Origin: a virus
Lineage: Duplodnaviria > Caudoviricetes
Virus record (IMG/VR): IMGVR_UViG_3300021408_000001
Span: 1 to 64,000 of that record
Length of the DNA: 64,000 nt
Strand: one strand, 5' to 3'
The position numbers and the translations under genes are program-made. The notes beneath the pieces were generated by a model. The model saw only the letters and a program-made list of their open reading frames with translations. It was not told the DNA's origin and ran no database searches. The stretch's first letter is position 1; the number at the start of each line of letters is the position of its first letter. This document shows positions 39,699 through 50,521 of the stretch, in pieces.

Positions 39699-41974
39699 GT
39701 CTTCCTCAGGAATCCAGCGGGATGCATGGTCACTGGGAACATCGTTTCGGTATTTTTGTCTCGTTCAAATTCTTTGTGTCGCGACAGGTAGGCTTCGATA
39801 GCTTGCATAGGACCATGGTTGATCAGTGACCTGTGCTCATCCACAGGAATCCAGCGTACAAGGCCGTCCTCAACAACCATGTAGCAATCGTCACTAACTA
39901 GCTGGCCATATATTTCCATCTCGGCAAGCACATGACATGTGTGATGATCACTGTCCAGAATTACCATGCACTTCTTATCACCAACATACTCTTTGACCGT
40001 TGCGACGATGTCTGCGTCTACGGAACTTCCGTACAGCCAATGTATATTTTCTCCATTTTTGATCTTGCGCTCGGGATCGACGTGGTTTTCTACGTCTATC
40101 GTCACTACTTCCAGTCCCAAGCTCGCTAGCCATTCAGCGGACCCACCTTGCCAAGTACCGCATTCGATCACTATCTCCGCTTGAGTCTTAGCAATAATTT
40201 CATGGTATCGTTCAATATCCTCACTAATCTTCACCATACTAGGGAAGTTATATTCTTCGCCATCTTTTACTCTTACCTTTGCAATATTAGCCCATTGCCG
40301 TGGGAATGCCTTGACACTAGCCTCAATATCGGCAATGAAGGAGAGGCGATCAGCAGAGATTCTATCCATATATCCGGATATGGTTTCCACGGTGCTGGGG
40401 GCACAGGTGTGGACTTGGGTCGCCTGTTGAGCAGTTTGCAATCTCTGCATATGCTGCTCGTGGATCTTCTCGTAAGCGATTCGATCCTTCTCCAACTGCT
40501 CGCTAAAGGCAGACCACAGGGGATCGCCTGAGGTTTGTCCACCACCATCCAGATGCTCAACGTAAGCATTAAGGACTATCGCAGCCTTCCGTGGAATATC
40601 CTTTGTAACGACATTCCCGATCTCAATGGAAGTGATTAGATCATTATCTCCGTACCACCACATGCACTCTTCGGGGAAGCGATAGCCGCTGGCGAACCAC
40701 TCACCACGTACCATGAATGCAAAGCCAGCAAATCCGCCGGTGCCGTCATAACGAGCGGCGCAGATGTCGTGAACTTCTTGGACCTCAGCGTCAAAGACCC
40801 TGTCGTCATAGTTTCCACAGACGGCTACCAACTCACTGTTCCTAAACAGTGAGAGCGACAGCTTATCTAGGAAGCCAGCTCCCATCTTGATATCATTGTT
40901 CAGGATTGCTACGTGGACCTTGTGACCGTGCTTCTCAAGAGCGTGATCGACAGCCTTATTCCACATGTGGTGGATACCAATTTCTGGACAATCCAGAACA
41001 GTTATATCATCCTGCTCGGCAAGCCAGTCCTTGGTATCTTGCTGCGAACCATTGTCACATATTATGATTTCTGTGAACTTGTCTTCACGAATCTGCTCGA
41101 CAAGATCTTTAGTTAGGTGTAGCTTATCTTTTACAGGAATAACTACTGCAATTGGAGGGCGACGGAAACCTACGCCTTCCTTAATATCCTTTGGGTACCA
41201 GATGCGATCTTCCTTATGATGCCCAATCTCAACACTACAATCTACGAAGATCTGGTAACCTAGAGCCTTAAGTTTCAAACAGAAACTAATGTCCTCTCCA
41301 ACCCAACGCTCCTTAGTTATATAGGAGCCGTCCTTCTGGGCGACGGACATTGATATGGGGTATTCGCTGAACCAGCCGTGGTCCTCTGAAGGAACGCTGA
41401 TGAGGCCGCGGGCATCCATCTCCTCCACGAGCTGGTGACTTCTCTGCGCCGTAAGCCACTTACGGTTTTCTCGTTCTGCGTTCAGAACAGATTGCAGAAC
41501 TTGTCTGTGGACAAGAAGGCAAGCTGCACCAGTAGCGGAAACCTCTAGAAGTGCGTCCGGCGGATAATCCAGCTGGGCACTTAAGAAACGATCACTCTCC
41601 GGATCAAGATGGAAGAGTGTTGGATACGGCCCCATGCCCTCGTCTACGACGACACACAGGCCTCCTACGACCATACAATTGGCTTGTTTAGCAGAGTGTA
41701 ATAGTCGTGGGATCAAGTCCTCCGAAAAAACCATGTCGGAGTCGATCATTAGTAACCACTCGCCATCAGTCTTCAAGAACTGCCTGACTATTTCGTTGCG
41801 CTTGTCAGTTATGTTTACGCCACTTCTACCCCAAAGAACTCCCCTAAAGAATTCCCACTTATTATTTTTGTCAGTGATGACAAGATCTAGTAGCGATCGA
41901 GCAAATTCAGCACTTATGTATCCGTTGCTAACATTACCAATATAAACTCTGGTAGATTGAAGTTCGATCTGCAT
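39695..41974 (-). CDS. tandem GT2 glycosyltransferase domains fused to a CmcI-like O-methyltransferase
   Basis: LMIDSDM..GEDISFC (first GT2); VVIPVKD, CDNGS, LNNDI, YGDND (second GT2); IECGTWQGGS, ILDSDH (CmcI). Confidence 0.85.
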   Translation of the reverse strand: MQIELQSTRVYIGNVSNGYISAEFARSLLDLVITDKNNKWEFFRGVLWGRSGVNITDKRNEIVRQFLKTDGEWLLMIDSDMVFSEDLIPRLLHSAKQANCMVVGGLCVVVDEGMGPYPTLFHLDPESDRFLSAQLDYPPDALLEVSATGAACLLVHRQVLQSVLNAERENRKWLTAQRSHQLVEEMDARGLISVPSEDHGWFSEYPISMSVAQKDGSYITKERWVGEDISFCLKLKALGYQIFVDCSVEIGHHKEDRIWYPKDIKEGVGFRRPPIAVVIPVKDKLHLTKDLVEQIREDKFTEIIICDNGSQQDTKDWLAEQDDITVLDCPEIGIHHMWNKAVDHALEKHGHKVHVAILNNDIKMGAGFLDKLSLSLFRNSELVAVCGNYDDRVFDAEVQEVHDICAARYDGTGGFAGFAFMVRGEWFASGYRFPEECMWWYGDNDLITSIEIGNVVTKDIPRKAAIVLNAYVEHLDGGGQTSGDPLWSAFSEQLEKDRIAYEKIHEQHMQRLQTAQQATQVHTCAPSTVETISGYMDRISADRLSFIADIEASVKAFPRQWANIAKVRVKDGEEYNFPSMVKISEDIERYHEIIAKTQAEIVIECGTWQGGSAEWLASLGLEVVTIDVENHVDPERKIKNGENIHWLYGSSVDADIVATVKEYVGDKKCMVILDSDHHTCHVLAEMEIYGQLVSDDCYMVVEDGLVRWIPVDEHRSLINHGPMQAIEAYLSRHKEFERDKNTETMFPVTMHPAGFLRKT

Positions 41975-41975
41975 A

Positions 41976-42299
41976 TCATGCCACCGAAGGGAATAGTAGG
42001 AACCAGAATCTCATTTGTCTATCCTTGTTTGAGATGGTCAAGTTGGACCGAAGCTGTGCCTCATACATACCAGCAGGTACTGCATCCAATTCACCAGCAG
42101 CGAATATGATAGTAATGTTAGGCGCTGTAGCAGCCCCCGTTATAAACGCTGTTTTTGTGAGAACGGCTATCTGCTCGGCGTTACCAATCTTAAGCTCAAA
42201 GGTGTAGCCGCTAGAAAAATCTATAATGTTTCCCGAAGTATCTCTCCAGGTCAATGCAATATCTGGATGTTCGGCACCTTTGCTATACTTAACAATCAT
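41976..42299 (-). CDS. small beta-rich virion-associated protein, paralog of 46307-46633
   Basis: GAEHPD..LTW.D..G.IIDFSSG.TF..IG...APN shared with 46307-46633. Confidence 0.65.
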   Translation of the reverse strand: MIVKYSKGAEHPDIALTWRDTSGNIIDFSSGYTFELKIGNAEQIAVLTKTAFITGAATAPNITIIFAAGELDAVPAGMYEAQLRSNLTISNKDRQMRFWFLLFPSVA

Positions 42300-42307
42300 A
42301 CCAACAC

Positions 42308-43627
42308 CTACTCCACGTATGTGTAAGAATATCCAGATTCGCCGAATCCAGAGTTACCGGACTCCGAAAAACTACCTGCGCCAGATTCATTGTTACCTAC
42401 TATGACAGGGTACAGGTCTGGAATGGCAGATGGTATAGAAGCATTGTTGCCCGAGACTATAACTGTACCTACACCTGCTACAGAAGAAACCAGGGATGCT
42501 ACGCTTTGCGCTATACAAGTGGCAATAGCTGGTTGAGCATTAACATTAGTCTCAGCAAGAGAAGTTACAGCGGCATTCTGACCAGCCGTTATTATGACGG
42601 CTACTACTGATGCTACAGACAGCGATGCAGACGAGCTTCCTGCTATAGCATTGGAAATAGCAGGCGATGCACCAGATGTAATAGCTAGATGTGCATTATC
42701 GACTCGAACACTTACAGCAGCAATCCCAGCGTTTGCCGTTGTAAATGTTCCAGTTTGTACAACCGGAGTAACTGCTACAGCATTGACAACACTGGCTATA
42801 GATCCAGATGAAACCGTTGTTGTTGAGTTATTAGCTACTGCACCGACAACGGCACCTTGTGCATCAGCATTCGAGGGAATAGTAGCATTTAAAACAACAG
42901 CACTAACAGATGCTGCTATAGCATTAATGGTTACCGTGGTTGCAGGAGTATTAGAAATTACGCTCGATACAGCAGATGCAATATTAATTCCAGCATTAAT
43001 GTTATTGGCTGCAGATGTAACTACACCAGCCGCAGCATTAATAGTAGCTAGAGTAGATATGTTATTAGATACAACAGTAGAAGTAGCTGCACCAGAGCTA
43101 GCAGATGGTCGAGGATTAGGATTGTTAGCAACTGGTAGAGCTACGGCTGCTATTGCTCCGAATGTGACAGTTGATGATATACCATTCGATATCGCAGAGC
43201 TGGTAGCTGTTTGAGCTACTGCTAGAGCACCTGTAACAGCCGCTGGGTTGTTGCCTACAGCAAGTACAGCAGATTGTGCTGCATTAGGCTGTACATTCGC
43301 AGATGCATTAGCCGCAGCAATCGATATTGCCGCAGCAGCACTAGTAGTTGCTAGTGCGCTAATGTTGTTAGCTACACCTAGGCTGATTGCTTGAGCAGAA
43401 TTTATAGAAACTATTGGTGCTACGTTATTTGCTACAGCAGAGCATGTAGCCACACCGGCATTCACAGAAACACTTGATGTAGGATTATTAGCTACGGCAG
43501 ATACTACGGCCTGTGCTGCATCAACATTTGTTGATGTTGATGCAACAGCCTGAACTGTAAAAATCCTAGTTCTTGGGTATGCTGCAACACCCTGGTTGGA
43601 TGGTATCGGCCAGCGAATTTTACTCAT
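42308..43627 (-). CDS. Ala/Ser/Asn/Val-rich repetitive fibre-like protein
   Basis: recurrent ~20-aa A..AVANN..motif. Confidence 0.65.
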   Translation of the reverse strand: MSKIRWPIPSNQGVAAYPRTRIFTVQAVASTSTNVDAAQAVVSAVANNPTSSVSVNAGVATCSAVANNVAPIVSINSAQAISLGVANNISALATTSAAAAISIAAANASANVQPNAAQSAVLAVGNNPAAVTGALAVAQTATSSAISNGISSTVTFGAIAAVALPVANNPNPRPSASSGAATSTVVSNNISTLATINAAAGVVTSAANNINAGINIASAVSSVISNTPATTVTINAIAASVSAVVLNATIPSNADAQGAVVGAVANNSTTTVSSGSIASVVNAVAVTPVVQTGTFTTANAGIAAVSVRVDNAHLAITSGASPAISNAIAGSSSASLSVASVVAVIITAGQNAAVTSLAETNVNAQPAIATCIAQSVASLVSSVAGVGTVIVSGNNASIPSAIPDLYPVIVGNNESGAGSFSESGNSGFGESGYSYTYVE

Positions 43628-45009
43628 GGCACAATCCGGGGAGCCATAACTACATCCGGTATAACAGGTAGGTCAGACCTTAGACGTATAAACGCAGCAG
43701 GTCCACACTGGTTCGTACCAGTAGTAAATGCTACAGCAGGGGCGGCGGTCGCGGTACCGCTAAGCACCCGAGCATCAAAAATTTCTATGTTCCCGTCGTT
43801 ACCTGTAGTAACTCCAGCCCCCGTTGTGCGTCTTGTTGTGGTATCGAAAGTAATACCAGCAGCCGTAATAGCTGGGGCAGAAAAAGTTGCCAAGTTAGTA
43901 TCTGTATCAGTAGCCACCACTGCTACTACAACGTCATTAGGAGCAAGGCTAATGGAGGCTGATGCAGTTATGGCCCTATTAGCGCCGTGAGTATTATCAT
44001 CCCCAGAGGCAGTTTCTGTAAGCCACAGGCCTGTGTAGGACTTGTACATTATCATTTCGCCAATACAGCCCCCCGCTGTACCGCCCTGATCAAATGTTAC
44101 AGAACCTGACTCGTTGCCAATCAGGTTCCTAATATCCAGCGCAACTCTCGTCTGGTGGCTGTCAGCTATATTGGTACCTACAAGACCGCCAAGTAAATCT
44201 GTGTGACTGTCCCATCCAGCTTCTGCCGCAGTAGTTACAGCGTTATCCCAAGCTGATCTACCGGCTATCGCCATGTAATTGGTAGCAACACTGGCTGGGT
44301 AAGCAACCGATACTGTGGCAGTGCCCCCAGCAGACTTGGCTCCAAGAGTCACAAATTCAACTAGAGGGGCAGGTCTAATAGCTATGGTTGCTGTACAGAA
44401 TTCTTCCGACCCACTTAGAGTAAATGCACTAGGATCTTCTGAAGCCGTAGCGTTATTTCTAGATGCCCAGCTAATGCTACATCCATCAGCAGCATCACCA
44501 GATCCTAGTGTGCCTGTATCAGTGTAGTTAGTAGGAAATCCAGTAGCAGTTACAGTACCATTGTCGTTGGCCGTAACAACGAGCCATAGAGTATCTTCAA
44601 CATCCCATGTTGCCGGATTAAGTGATGCTGGATCAGCACTAGTTCCAGGAGCTGCGCCCTGAAATATAGCAGCCACAGGAGCAGTGGAAAAAGCGTCGCC
44701 AGAAATTCTATATGTTCTGTGCGCAGACGTTTGGACTACGTCAGTAACTATAGCTTGGCTGGCGCCTTCAGTCCCCGCAGCTCTTTTATAATAAACTCTA
44801 AGGCCTACATTGTCCCCACCATCAGCAGTCGGTGCTAGTGCTATCCAGTTGTCTGGTATAGTACTACTAACAATCGGCCTAGCGTCAAAGGCTATAGCAG
44901 TAATCAACAAATCATTAACACTCACACCAGCAGGCATTACCACAGTGTGAGATGTTGAGTTAGTTGTCTGGGAACTAGACGCAGAAGTAACTGTTAGTGG
45001 GAACGCCAT
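43624..45009 (-). CDS. two-domain beta-rich virion accessory protein
   Basis: MPAGVSVNDLLI, YYKRAAGTE repeated-domain architecture. Confidence 0.6.
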   Translation of the reverse strand: MAFPLTVTSASSSQTTNSTSHTVVMPAGVSVNDLLITAIAFDARPIVSSTIPDNWIALAPTADGGDNVGLRVYYKRAAGTEGASQAIVTDVVQTSAHRTYRISGDAFSTAPVAAIFQGAAPGTSADPASLNPATWDVEDTLWLVVTANDNGTVTATGFPTNYTDTGTLGSGDAADGCSISWASRNNATASEDPSAFTLSGSEEFCTATIAIRPAPLVEFVTLGAKSAGGTATVSVAYPASVATNYMAIAGRSAWDNAVTTAAEAGWDSHTDLLGGLVGTNIADSHQTRVALDIRNLIGNESGSVTFDQGGTAGGCIGEMIMYKSYTGLWLTETASGDDNTHGANRAITASASISLAPNDVVVAVVATDTDTNLATFSAPAITAAGITFDTTTRRTTGAGVTTGNDGNIEIFDARVLSGTATAAPAVAFTTGTNQCGPAAFIRLRSDLPVIPDVVMAPRIVP

Positions 45010-45012
45010 TTC

Positions 45013-45450
45013 TTATTCATCCCAGACTATGTACGCCTGGCATGCTTGTCCGGTACCGTTTTCAACAATCACCCCAATCCCATTACCAGTACCGACAGTA
45101 GCCCTCAGTCCAGTATCACCAAACGTCCACACGACACCGGAGCCAGCAGCGGCGCCTAGAACGGCTCTATACCCCAAGTCATCGGCAACGGTTGGTCCTA
45201 CCGAGTGCGTGTTCGCCGCGGTGCATGAGGCAGCGACTGCGTCTGGGTCGTGCTTAGCCTCTGTCAACCCAGTTCCTGGGGTGCCAGCAGTAGTTAGCCT
45301 TACCAACCTTAGGGCGACCGCTGTAGTTGTAGTATTGAAGACACCGATCTCCCGGATCTTCGGACCCACAGCAGCAGCGCTATACAAAGAAATAATAGGT
45401 AGGGTAGTCGATCCCGCAGTAGTTAGCGCTCCAGCTGAGTACCTAGCCAT
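45013..45450 (-). CDS. virion accessory protein
   Basis: MARYS start coupled to upstream stop; ends IVWDE. Confidence 0.55.
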   Translation of the reverse strand: MARYSAGALTTAGSTTLPIISLYSAAAVGPKIREIGVFNTTTTAVALRLVRLTTAGTPGTGLTEAKHDPDAVAASCTAANTHSVGPTVADDLGYRAVLGAAAGSGVVWTFGDTGLRATVGTGNGIGVIVENGTGQACQAYIVWDE

Positions 45451-45926
45451 TAGAACTGAAACTCCATAACACCGCTGGTAGAGTTCCAAACAATAGTGAA
45501 GGTACCATCTGTAACTGAGTTGGTGCCACCAAAGTAGTTATAGCAAACACCCTGGTCGTTAGGTGATGTTGACGTATCGTCATACACTAGAGCGCCAAAT
45601 ACGGCAGCTAGAGTTGCAGATGATCCAGACGCGGTGTTTGCCGCTGTCCACCTAAGACGCAATGTAGTTGCAACGTTGATTGCCAAGGTGCCCATAGTCT
45701 GACCACCCTGCGGCCATTCAGCACCATCAAACACTTCGTTGCCCGTGGTTACCCACTGATCAGCGTTGTAGCAAGAGTTTGCTTGAGTTACATCAGAGCT
45801 GGGGGTTATATCGTTGTCATAAAGGGCTGCTTTAAACGTATCGGCATCAAGGTCAAGAGCCTCAGCCGGAACGCTTATGCAAGTCTGTACGAACGCTCTG
45901 AAAACCTTAGAGTTTGACCATGCCAT
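45450..45926 (-). CDS. structural protein, probable paralog of 49690-50145
   Basis: FG...VT.G.FTIVWN..GV C-terminal motif. Confidence 0.6.
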   Translation of the reverse strand: MAWSNSKVFRAFVQTCISVPAEALDLDADTFKAALYDNDITPSSDVTQANSCYNADQWVTTGNEVFDGAEWPQGGQTMGTLAINVATTLRLRWTAANTASGSSATLAAVFGALVYDDTSTSPNDQGVCYNYFGGTNSVTDGTFTIVWNSTSGVMEFQF

Positions 45927-45929
45927 GCT

Positions 45930-46310
45930 TTATTCTCCTTTAACGGCGGCGCTATGTGCGCCTACTGACACATTCCTACCTGACAGTCCCTTGGAAGGAC
46001 TAACAGAGTCCCCTATAATTTGTGCAGTAGGAGCATAAACTGCGCAGTCCTGCCCATCTTCCCGAGTGGTAACAACAGACATAATAGGTGCGCCTTCACC
46101 GTCAGTCTGTACTATCTCATTGTTGATGTAATCTTCTCTCTCATTAGATTCAATTTTACATTTAATTCCAGCTGGTACAAATGGAGTTGATAGGCCTTTC
46201 ATACCACGACAATTATGAAATGGTGTATGTGGTCGGGCCTCATTAGTTACATGAGTAGAGACGCAGTTAGGGCATTCCCAGCGATGTTCCGGTGTAAGAG
46301 AGATGGTCAT
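45930..46310 (-). CDS. hypothetical Cys/His-containing protein
   Basis: WECPNC...FHNC. Confidence 0.55.
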   Translation of the reverse strand: MTISLTPEHRWECPNCVSTHVTNEARPHTPFHNCRGMKGLSTPFVPAGIKCKIESNEREDYINNEIVQTDGEGAPIMSVVTTREDGQDCAVYAPTAQIIGDSVSPSKGLSGRNVSVGAHSAAVKGE

Positions 46311-46633
46311 GCTGCCACCGCAGAGAATATTGTAAGGACAGTAGATTGAATACGATCCTTGTTGGTTGCTGTTTCTCTGGCTATGACATCCATGGCATAA
46401 GTATCTGGTGTGAGAGTATCTAGCTCGTCAGCACTCCATGAGACAACAAGATTAGGCGCAACCGCGCCACCAGTTATTCCCGTGGTTTTAGTAACTATCG
46501 CTGCCTGTCCTGCCTGACCAATTCTTACTGTGAATGTCCAGCCACTGGAAAAGTTTATAACTGCACCATCTGAGTCAAGCCAAGTCACTTCCACATTTGG
46601 GTACTCGGCCCCTTCATAATACTCTATAGCCAT
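46307..46633 (-). CDS. small beta-rich virion-associated protein, paralog of 41976-42299
   Basis: GAEYPN..VTW.D..G.VINFSSG.TF..IG...APN. Confidence 0.65.
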   Translation of the reverse strand: MAIEYYEGAEYPNVEVTWLDSDGAVINFSSGWTFTVRIGQAGQAAIVTKTTGITGGAVAPNLVVSWSADELDTLTPDTYAMDVIARETATNKDRIQSTVLTIFSAVAA

Positions 46634-46636
46634 GAG

Positions 46637-49216
46637 CTACTCCTGGAAAGTAACAGTATGGGACTCGGCAAATGTAGCCGTGGTCAGGGGGTCTATAAAC
46701 CTAGTGGAGCTATCTGGATCTATAAATCCAGCCGCATTGATAGGATCCCTAAACGTGACCGATATGCCCGCAGCTACACTTGCATTAACAACTGTGGGTG
46801 CGAATAGAAACGCTCCAGCATCAATCTTCGATAGTAATATATCCTGCAAACTTTTCAACAGAGCCGGCGTCTGCATGGATGTTACAACTGTAATTACTCC
46901 AGGGTCAATAACAGCCGCAATGCTAGGTGCATTCATTGTAGCGATTGCAGTTATTGATGCTGGAGTAAGTACTGTAGCAGACGATAGATAATTAACAGTT
47001 AGTTTAGGTGCATCATATGTAACATTCTCAAAGCTGGCGAATTGCAATTTATCGACAGCGCTATTGTGGTCATAGATAAGAACTAGGCTGTTACCAGAAG
47101 TCCACCCAGGACGAGCTATTATTTCCTCTACAATAAGTGAAAGATCTGAGGATGTAACAACAGCCCCAAGACCACCTAGGTCATTATCAGTCCATAGCGC
47201 GGATGCATTGGTAGTGACCCTGTTGTCTAGGTTGCCATCGGTTGTTGTAAATGTTAGAGCGTTATCGACATCTTCACCGTACCAGATGCCCTCAGCATCG
47301 TTCTTACTTGTACCCTGACTTAGTACCAAATCAACCGTTGATGTAACAACATTAGCCCCCATAGGTATCTGTACGTCATTAAATCTAAGTCCTACTCGCA
47401 TACCAACAATATTAGCGACTATATCTATGTTGTTTATAACAGGTGCATGTCCCGGCTCTTCATAAGCATCATCACTTATCGCAGCCGTACTTCTAATGAG
47501 TGTTATAACATTAAAGACACTAGGACTATATAGAATAGCAGCAGCATTAATTACATTAGGACTTATAGTAGCCTGATTAAGTGTGATAGTCGGTGACTGT
47601 ACTGTTGCAGTTGCAGTTATAGAGGGTACAGTAAAAAGTACAGTTAGTAGATGAGTAGGCTCTTGGATCAATGCAGGTATTGTAATAACTGGCATCTGCA
47701 CATTTTGGATTACGAGCTGGACCTGCACAGGGGGATTGAGTGTGGCAGGAGCGCTAATTACCGGAGGATTTATATCAAACCCTGGTTCAGGTACTGCTAA
47801 GAAATAAGAAGTACCACCATCGAGAATGTGTCGACCTGGTGTAGCAGCAGACAATGGAGCAGCCATAGTCATTACATGACCATCGGGCGCTGGAAAGTCT
47901 GGATGTATCTTGGTGTGAAGTTGTCCTCTATGTTCGCCAACACCAAAATAATTTAACCCAAATGGTGGAGCCGGTATAGTGATGTAGTGATCCCAAGGGC
48001 CTTCTGGAATTGTTGACCTATAGCAACGCTTTTCTCGTTCAAGATAATCTTGGGCTACCAAGATATAATTATTAGTTCCTAGCTTAGCTACACCAGCATC
48101 CCCGGCTATATCATTACCATTAGTGTCTTTAAGTCGAGCTAGGCTGGCTATAGAACTAATCCATGCTGTACCATTCCAGAATTGGTAGGTAGAGAACACT
48201 CCACCGACATGGGCTGTTGACATCAATGAGCCATGTGGTGTCCTAGCAACTGTCATATATGACGTTATCGTAGCTTCATCTTCAAAGTAGTTGGGAGTGA
48301 AGTTACCAAACTTAGGTACGAACTCCCGCCCATACACATAATCAAACGATGTATCTTCAACAATATCACATATATAAAAATTGCTGCCAGGGCCTACATT
48401 GAAGGTAGCTGTCTCGCTAACAGTGCCAAACCCATTGATATGCAGAATGTGCGAATCTTCAACTTGATGGTCCAGCGCACCCCCACCACCAGGGAACGTG
48501 GTGAGCCAGGCTCCTACATACAGCACTCGGCTGGGTGCGAGAGATGGCGATACAGCTAAGTTCCAATACAAGGTATTGGGATAGGTAGTCTGGTTAGGTC
48601 TAAATGCTGGAGTGAGGTTAGGACCAGCCATGGTCCTAAATCCCGCACCCAACGCATCAGCCGACCTAGTTGCACCCCACTTATCAACCTCACCGTTCTT
48701 GAATTCGTTAGTCATATGGTTGCGGTTGGGCAACGCTCCACTAATGAATTCGTTGGTAGCTAGATCGACAGCATTCGGCCCATTGATGTAATAGTCAGAG
48801 CCTACCCAGAATCTACGACCGTTATCGAAGCCAGATTGGGTTACTACGCATGTGTCGAGCGTATCTCCACCCAGGTAGTTAAGATAAAAGCTACCACTAC
48901 CAGCCGGATCCTCATGATCAGACGATTGCCTAATCCACTGTACAAATCGTTCGGTCAGAAGGATTTCATTGAAGCATTGTGCATAGGGCTTACCCCACCA
49001 AGCTAGACAAAATGCATCTTTAGTACGAGGCCCAGACGGGTCCAGTAGTGACATGAAGCCATCAGCATCTGTTCCATAGTGGTCAGAAGCAACAGCAGCA
49101 ATATCACCAGCATCAGGACTATTGACAGCATACACCGACCCAGGAATGGGATGTACTTCCAGCAGCTTCATTAGAGCTGCGGCGTTAATCGTACTCGGTG
49201 TAGCGAACTGAGTCAT
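46637..49216 (-). CDS. large multidomain fibre/adhesin-like protein
   Basis: 859 aa; GGD/YVYG/PEGPW propeller-like part, Pro/Thr stalk, DDAYE..GLRF..V.IP.GA..PKLTVNY domain. Confidence 0.6.
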   Translation of the reverse strand: MTQFATPSTINAAALMKLLEVHPIPGSVYAVNSPDAGDIAAVASDHYGTDADGFMSLLDPSGPRTKDAFCLAWWGKPYAQCFNEILLTERFVQWIRQSSDHEDPAGSGSFYLNYLGGDTLDTCVVTQSGFDNGRRFWVGSDYYINGPNAVDLATNEFISGALPNRNHMTNEFKNGEVDKWGATRSADALGAGFRTMAGPNLTPAFRPNQTTYPNTLYWNLAVSPSLAPSRVLYVGAWLTTFPGGGGALDHQVEDSHILHINGFGTVSETATFNVGPGSNFYICDIVEDTSFDYVYGREFVPKFGNFTPNYFEDEATITSYMTVARTPHGSLMSTAHVGGVFSTYQFWNGTAWISSIASLARLKDTNGNDIAGDAGVAKLGTNNYILVAQDYLEREKRCYRSTIPEGPWDHYITIPAPPFGLNYFGVGEHRGQLHTKIHPDFPAPDGHVMTMAAPLSAATPGRHILDGGTSYFLAVPEPGFDINPPVISAPATLNPPVQVQLVIQNVQMPVITIPALIQEPTHLLTVLFTVPSITATATVQSPTITLNQATISPNVINAAAILYSPSVFNVITLIRSTAAISDDAYEEPGHAPVINNIDIVANIVGMRVGLRFNDVQIPMGANVVTSTVDLVLSQGTSKNDAEGIWYGEDVDNALTFTTTDGNLDNRVTTNASALWTDNDLGGLGAVVTSSDLSLIVEEIIARPGWTSGNSLVLIYDHNSAVDKLQFASFENVTYDAPKLTVNYLSSATVLTPASITAIATMNAPSIAAVIDPGVITVVTSMQTPALLKSLQDILLSKIDAGAFLFAPTVVNASVAAGISVTFRDPINAAGFIDPDSSTRFIDPLTTATFAESHTVTFQE

Positions 49217-49689
49217 GGCTTCTTGTAAGTCACAATCTGGTCGTCGCCATCTATGCCCAACTCACAACCATCAATGAAATTTATCATAAAGTTACGAATA
49301 TCTGTATTAGAAACTCTGCCCCATAGCCATCCATACTTCTCTACAGCAATATCTCCCATAGAGGAATATATATCTGACATTTCTTCAGGCGGCAGATCCT
49401 TTAGGCCAATCCACCTGCAATAGCAGCCGCCGTACTTTCTATCACGATCGTCCGTGCATATTAGATACCCAACAACCTCATCACCATCATGGGCGACAAC
49501 TACCAAAGCGTCACGATCAACGAATTCTCTAATCATTGAAAATGACGGATACGTAAGATCCCACTTCTGTCGAGCTACGGCAGCAGCATTACATCTCAGC
49601 TCAACATCTAAGCTCTTCGAGAAATCGCGTACCGGTTGACACCACTGATCTAAATTAGTTGCATCAACCTCTGTATAGTTGACCGCCAT
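49213..49689 (-). CDS. hypothetical protein, possibly GNAT-like fold
   Basis: VVVAHDGDEVVGYL. Confidence 0.45.
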   Translation of the reverse strand: MAVNYTEVDATNLDQWCQPVRDFSKSLDVELRCNAAAVARQKWDLTYPSFSMIREFVDRDALVVVAHDGDEVVGYLICTDDRDRKYGGCYCRWIGLKDLPPEEMSDIYSSMGDIAVEKYGWLWGRVSNTDIRNFMINFIDGCELGIDGDDQIVTYKKP

Positions 49690-50145
49690 TTACCACTCAA
49701 ATACGCCAGAGGCGTTCCACTGCACAACGATGTTTCCGCCGTTGGGAGTCACAGGAAGACCTGTGGCAGTGCCAAATTTGCAAATAAGAATGTCCGTGGA
49801 GTCAGCACCAGCCGACTCATTGAATATCAATACCTGCTCAGCCTGGTCACCGGTCACTGACGTGAACGTCACATCATTAGCGTCAAATCGTACAGTTGCA
49901 GAGCTGGGGTTAGTAATAGCTGTACCAGTCATAACAACACCGGTCGAAGGAACGAAAGCGGCAACTACATCAGCTTTATCCTGATGTGTAACCTCACTTA
50001 GATCCACGTCCGTGTTGTCTGTGAGAACACAGGTGATCAGTAGTTCCGAGTCAAGATCGGCCAGTGTTGGACCAGAGATCAAGCTCGTAGTGGCTGATAT
50101 AGCCCGAGCCTTGAACGACATAAACAACGCATTATTGGCGGTCAT
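49690..50145 (-). CDS. structural protein, probable paralog of 45450-45926
   Basis: FDANDVTF, GLPVTPNGGNIVVQWNASGVF. Confidence 0.6.
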   Translation of the reverse strand: MTANNALFMSFKARAISATTSLISGPTLADLDSELLITCVLTDNTDVDLSEVTHQDKADVVAAFVPSTGVVMTGTAITNPSSATVRFDANDVTFTSVTGDQAEQVLIFNESAGADSTDILICKFGTATGLPVTPNGGNIVVQWNASGVFEW

Positions 50146-50521
50146 TGCTCTCCTTTCTTAGTTGTAATACGAGCCGTGATACCCTTTGGCGCGAATTGTT
50201 GAGCAACAGCCTGTAGATCTGTGTTATAGAATGCTCCTGGTACCTGCTCTTTAGCTGTATGCTTCTGAACAGGCTTCCTCATTCCTGGGCCAGCCACAAT
50301 AGTGGGAGGATCAAGTACTTCATTTAACACAATAAATTCATGAGCTGATAAACCTGATTCCTTAGCCCTGATCAACTCACTCCATACCCCAGAGGACACA
50401 ATAGAATCACCGTTTTCATCCAAGTGAATATATATGTCCTTAGGAGTACCACCAAGCTCAGGAGTTTTGGCGGGTATAGGAATTAGCAGTACAACACTGC
50501 GTGCATTAGGATGATGTATTC

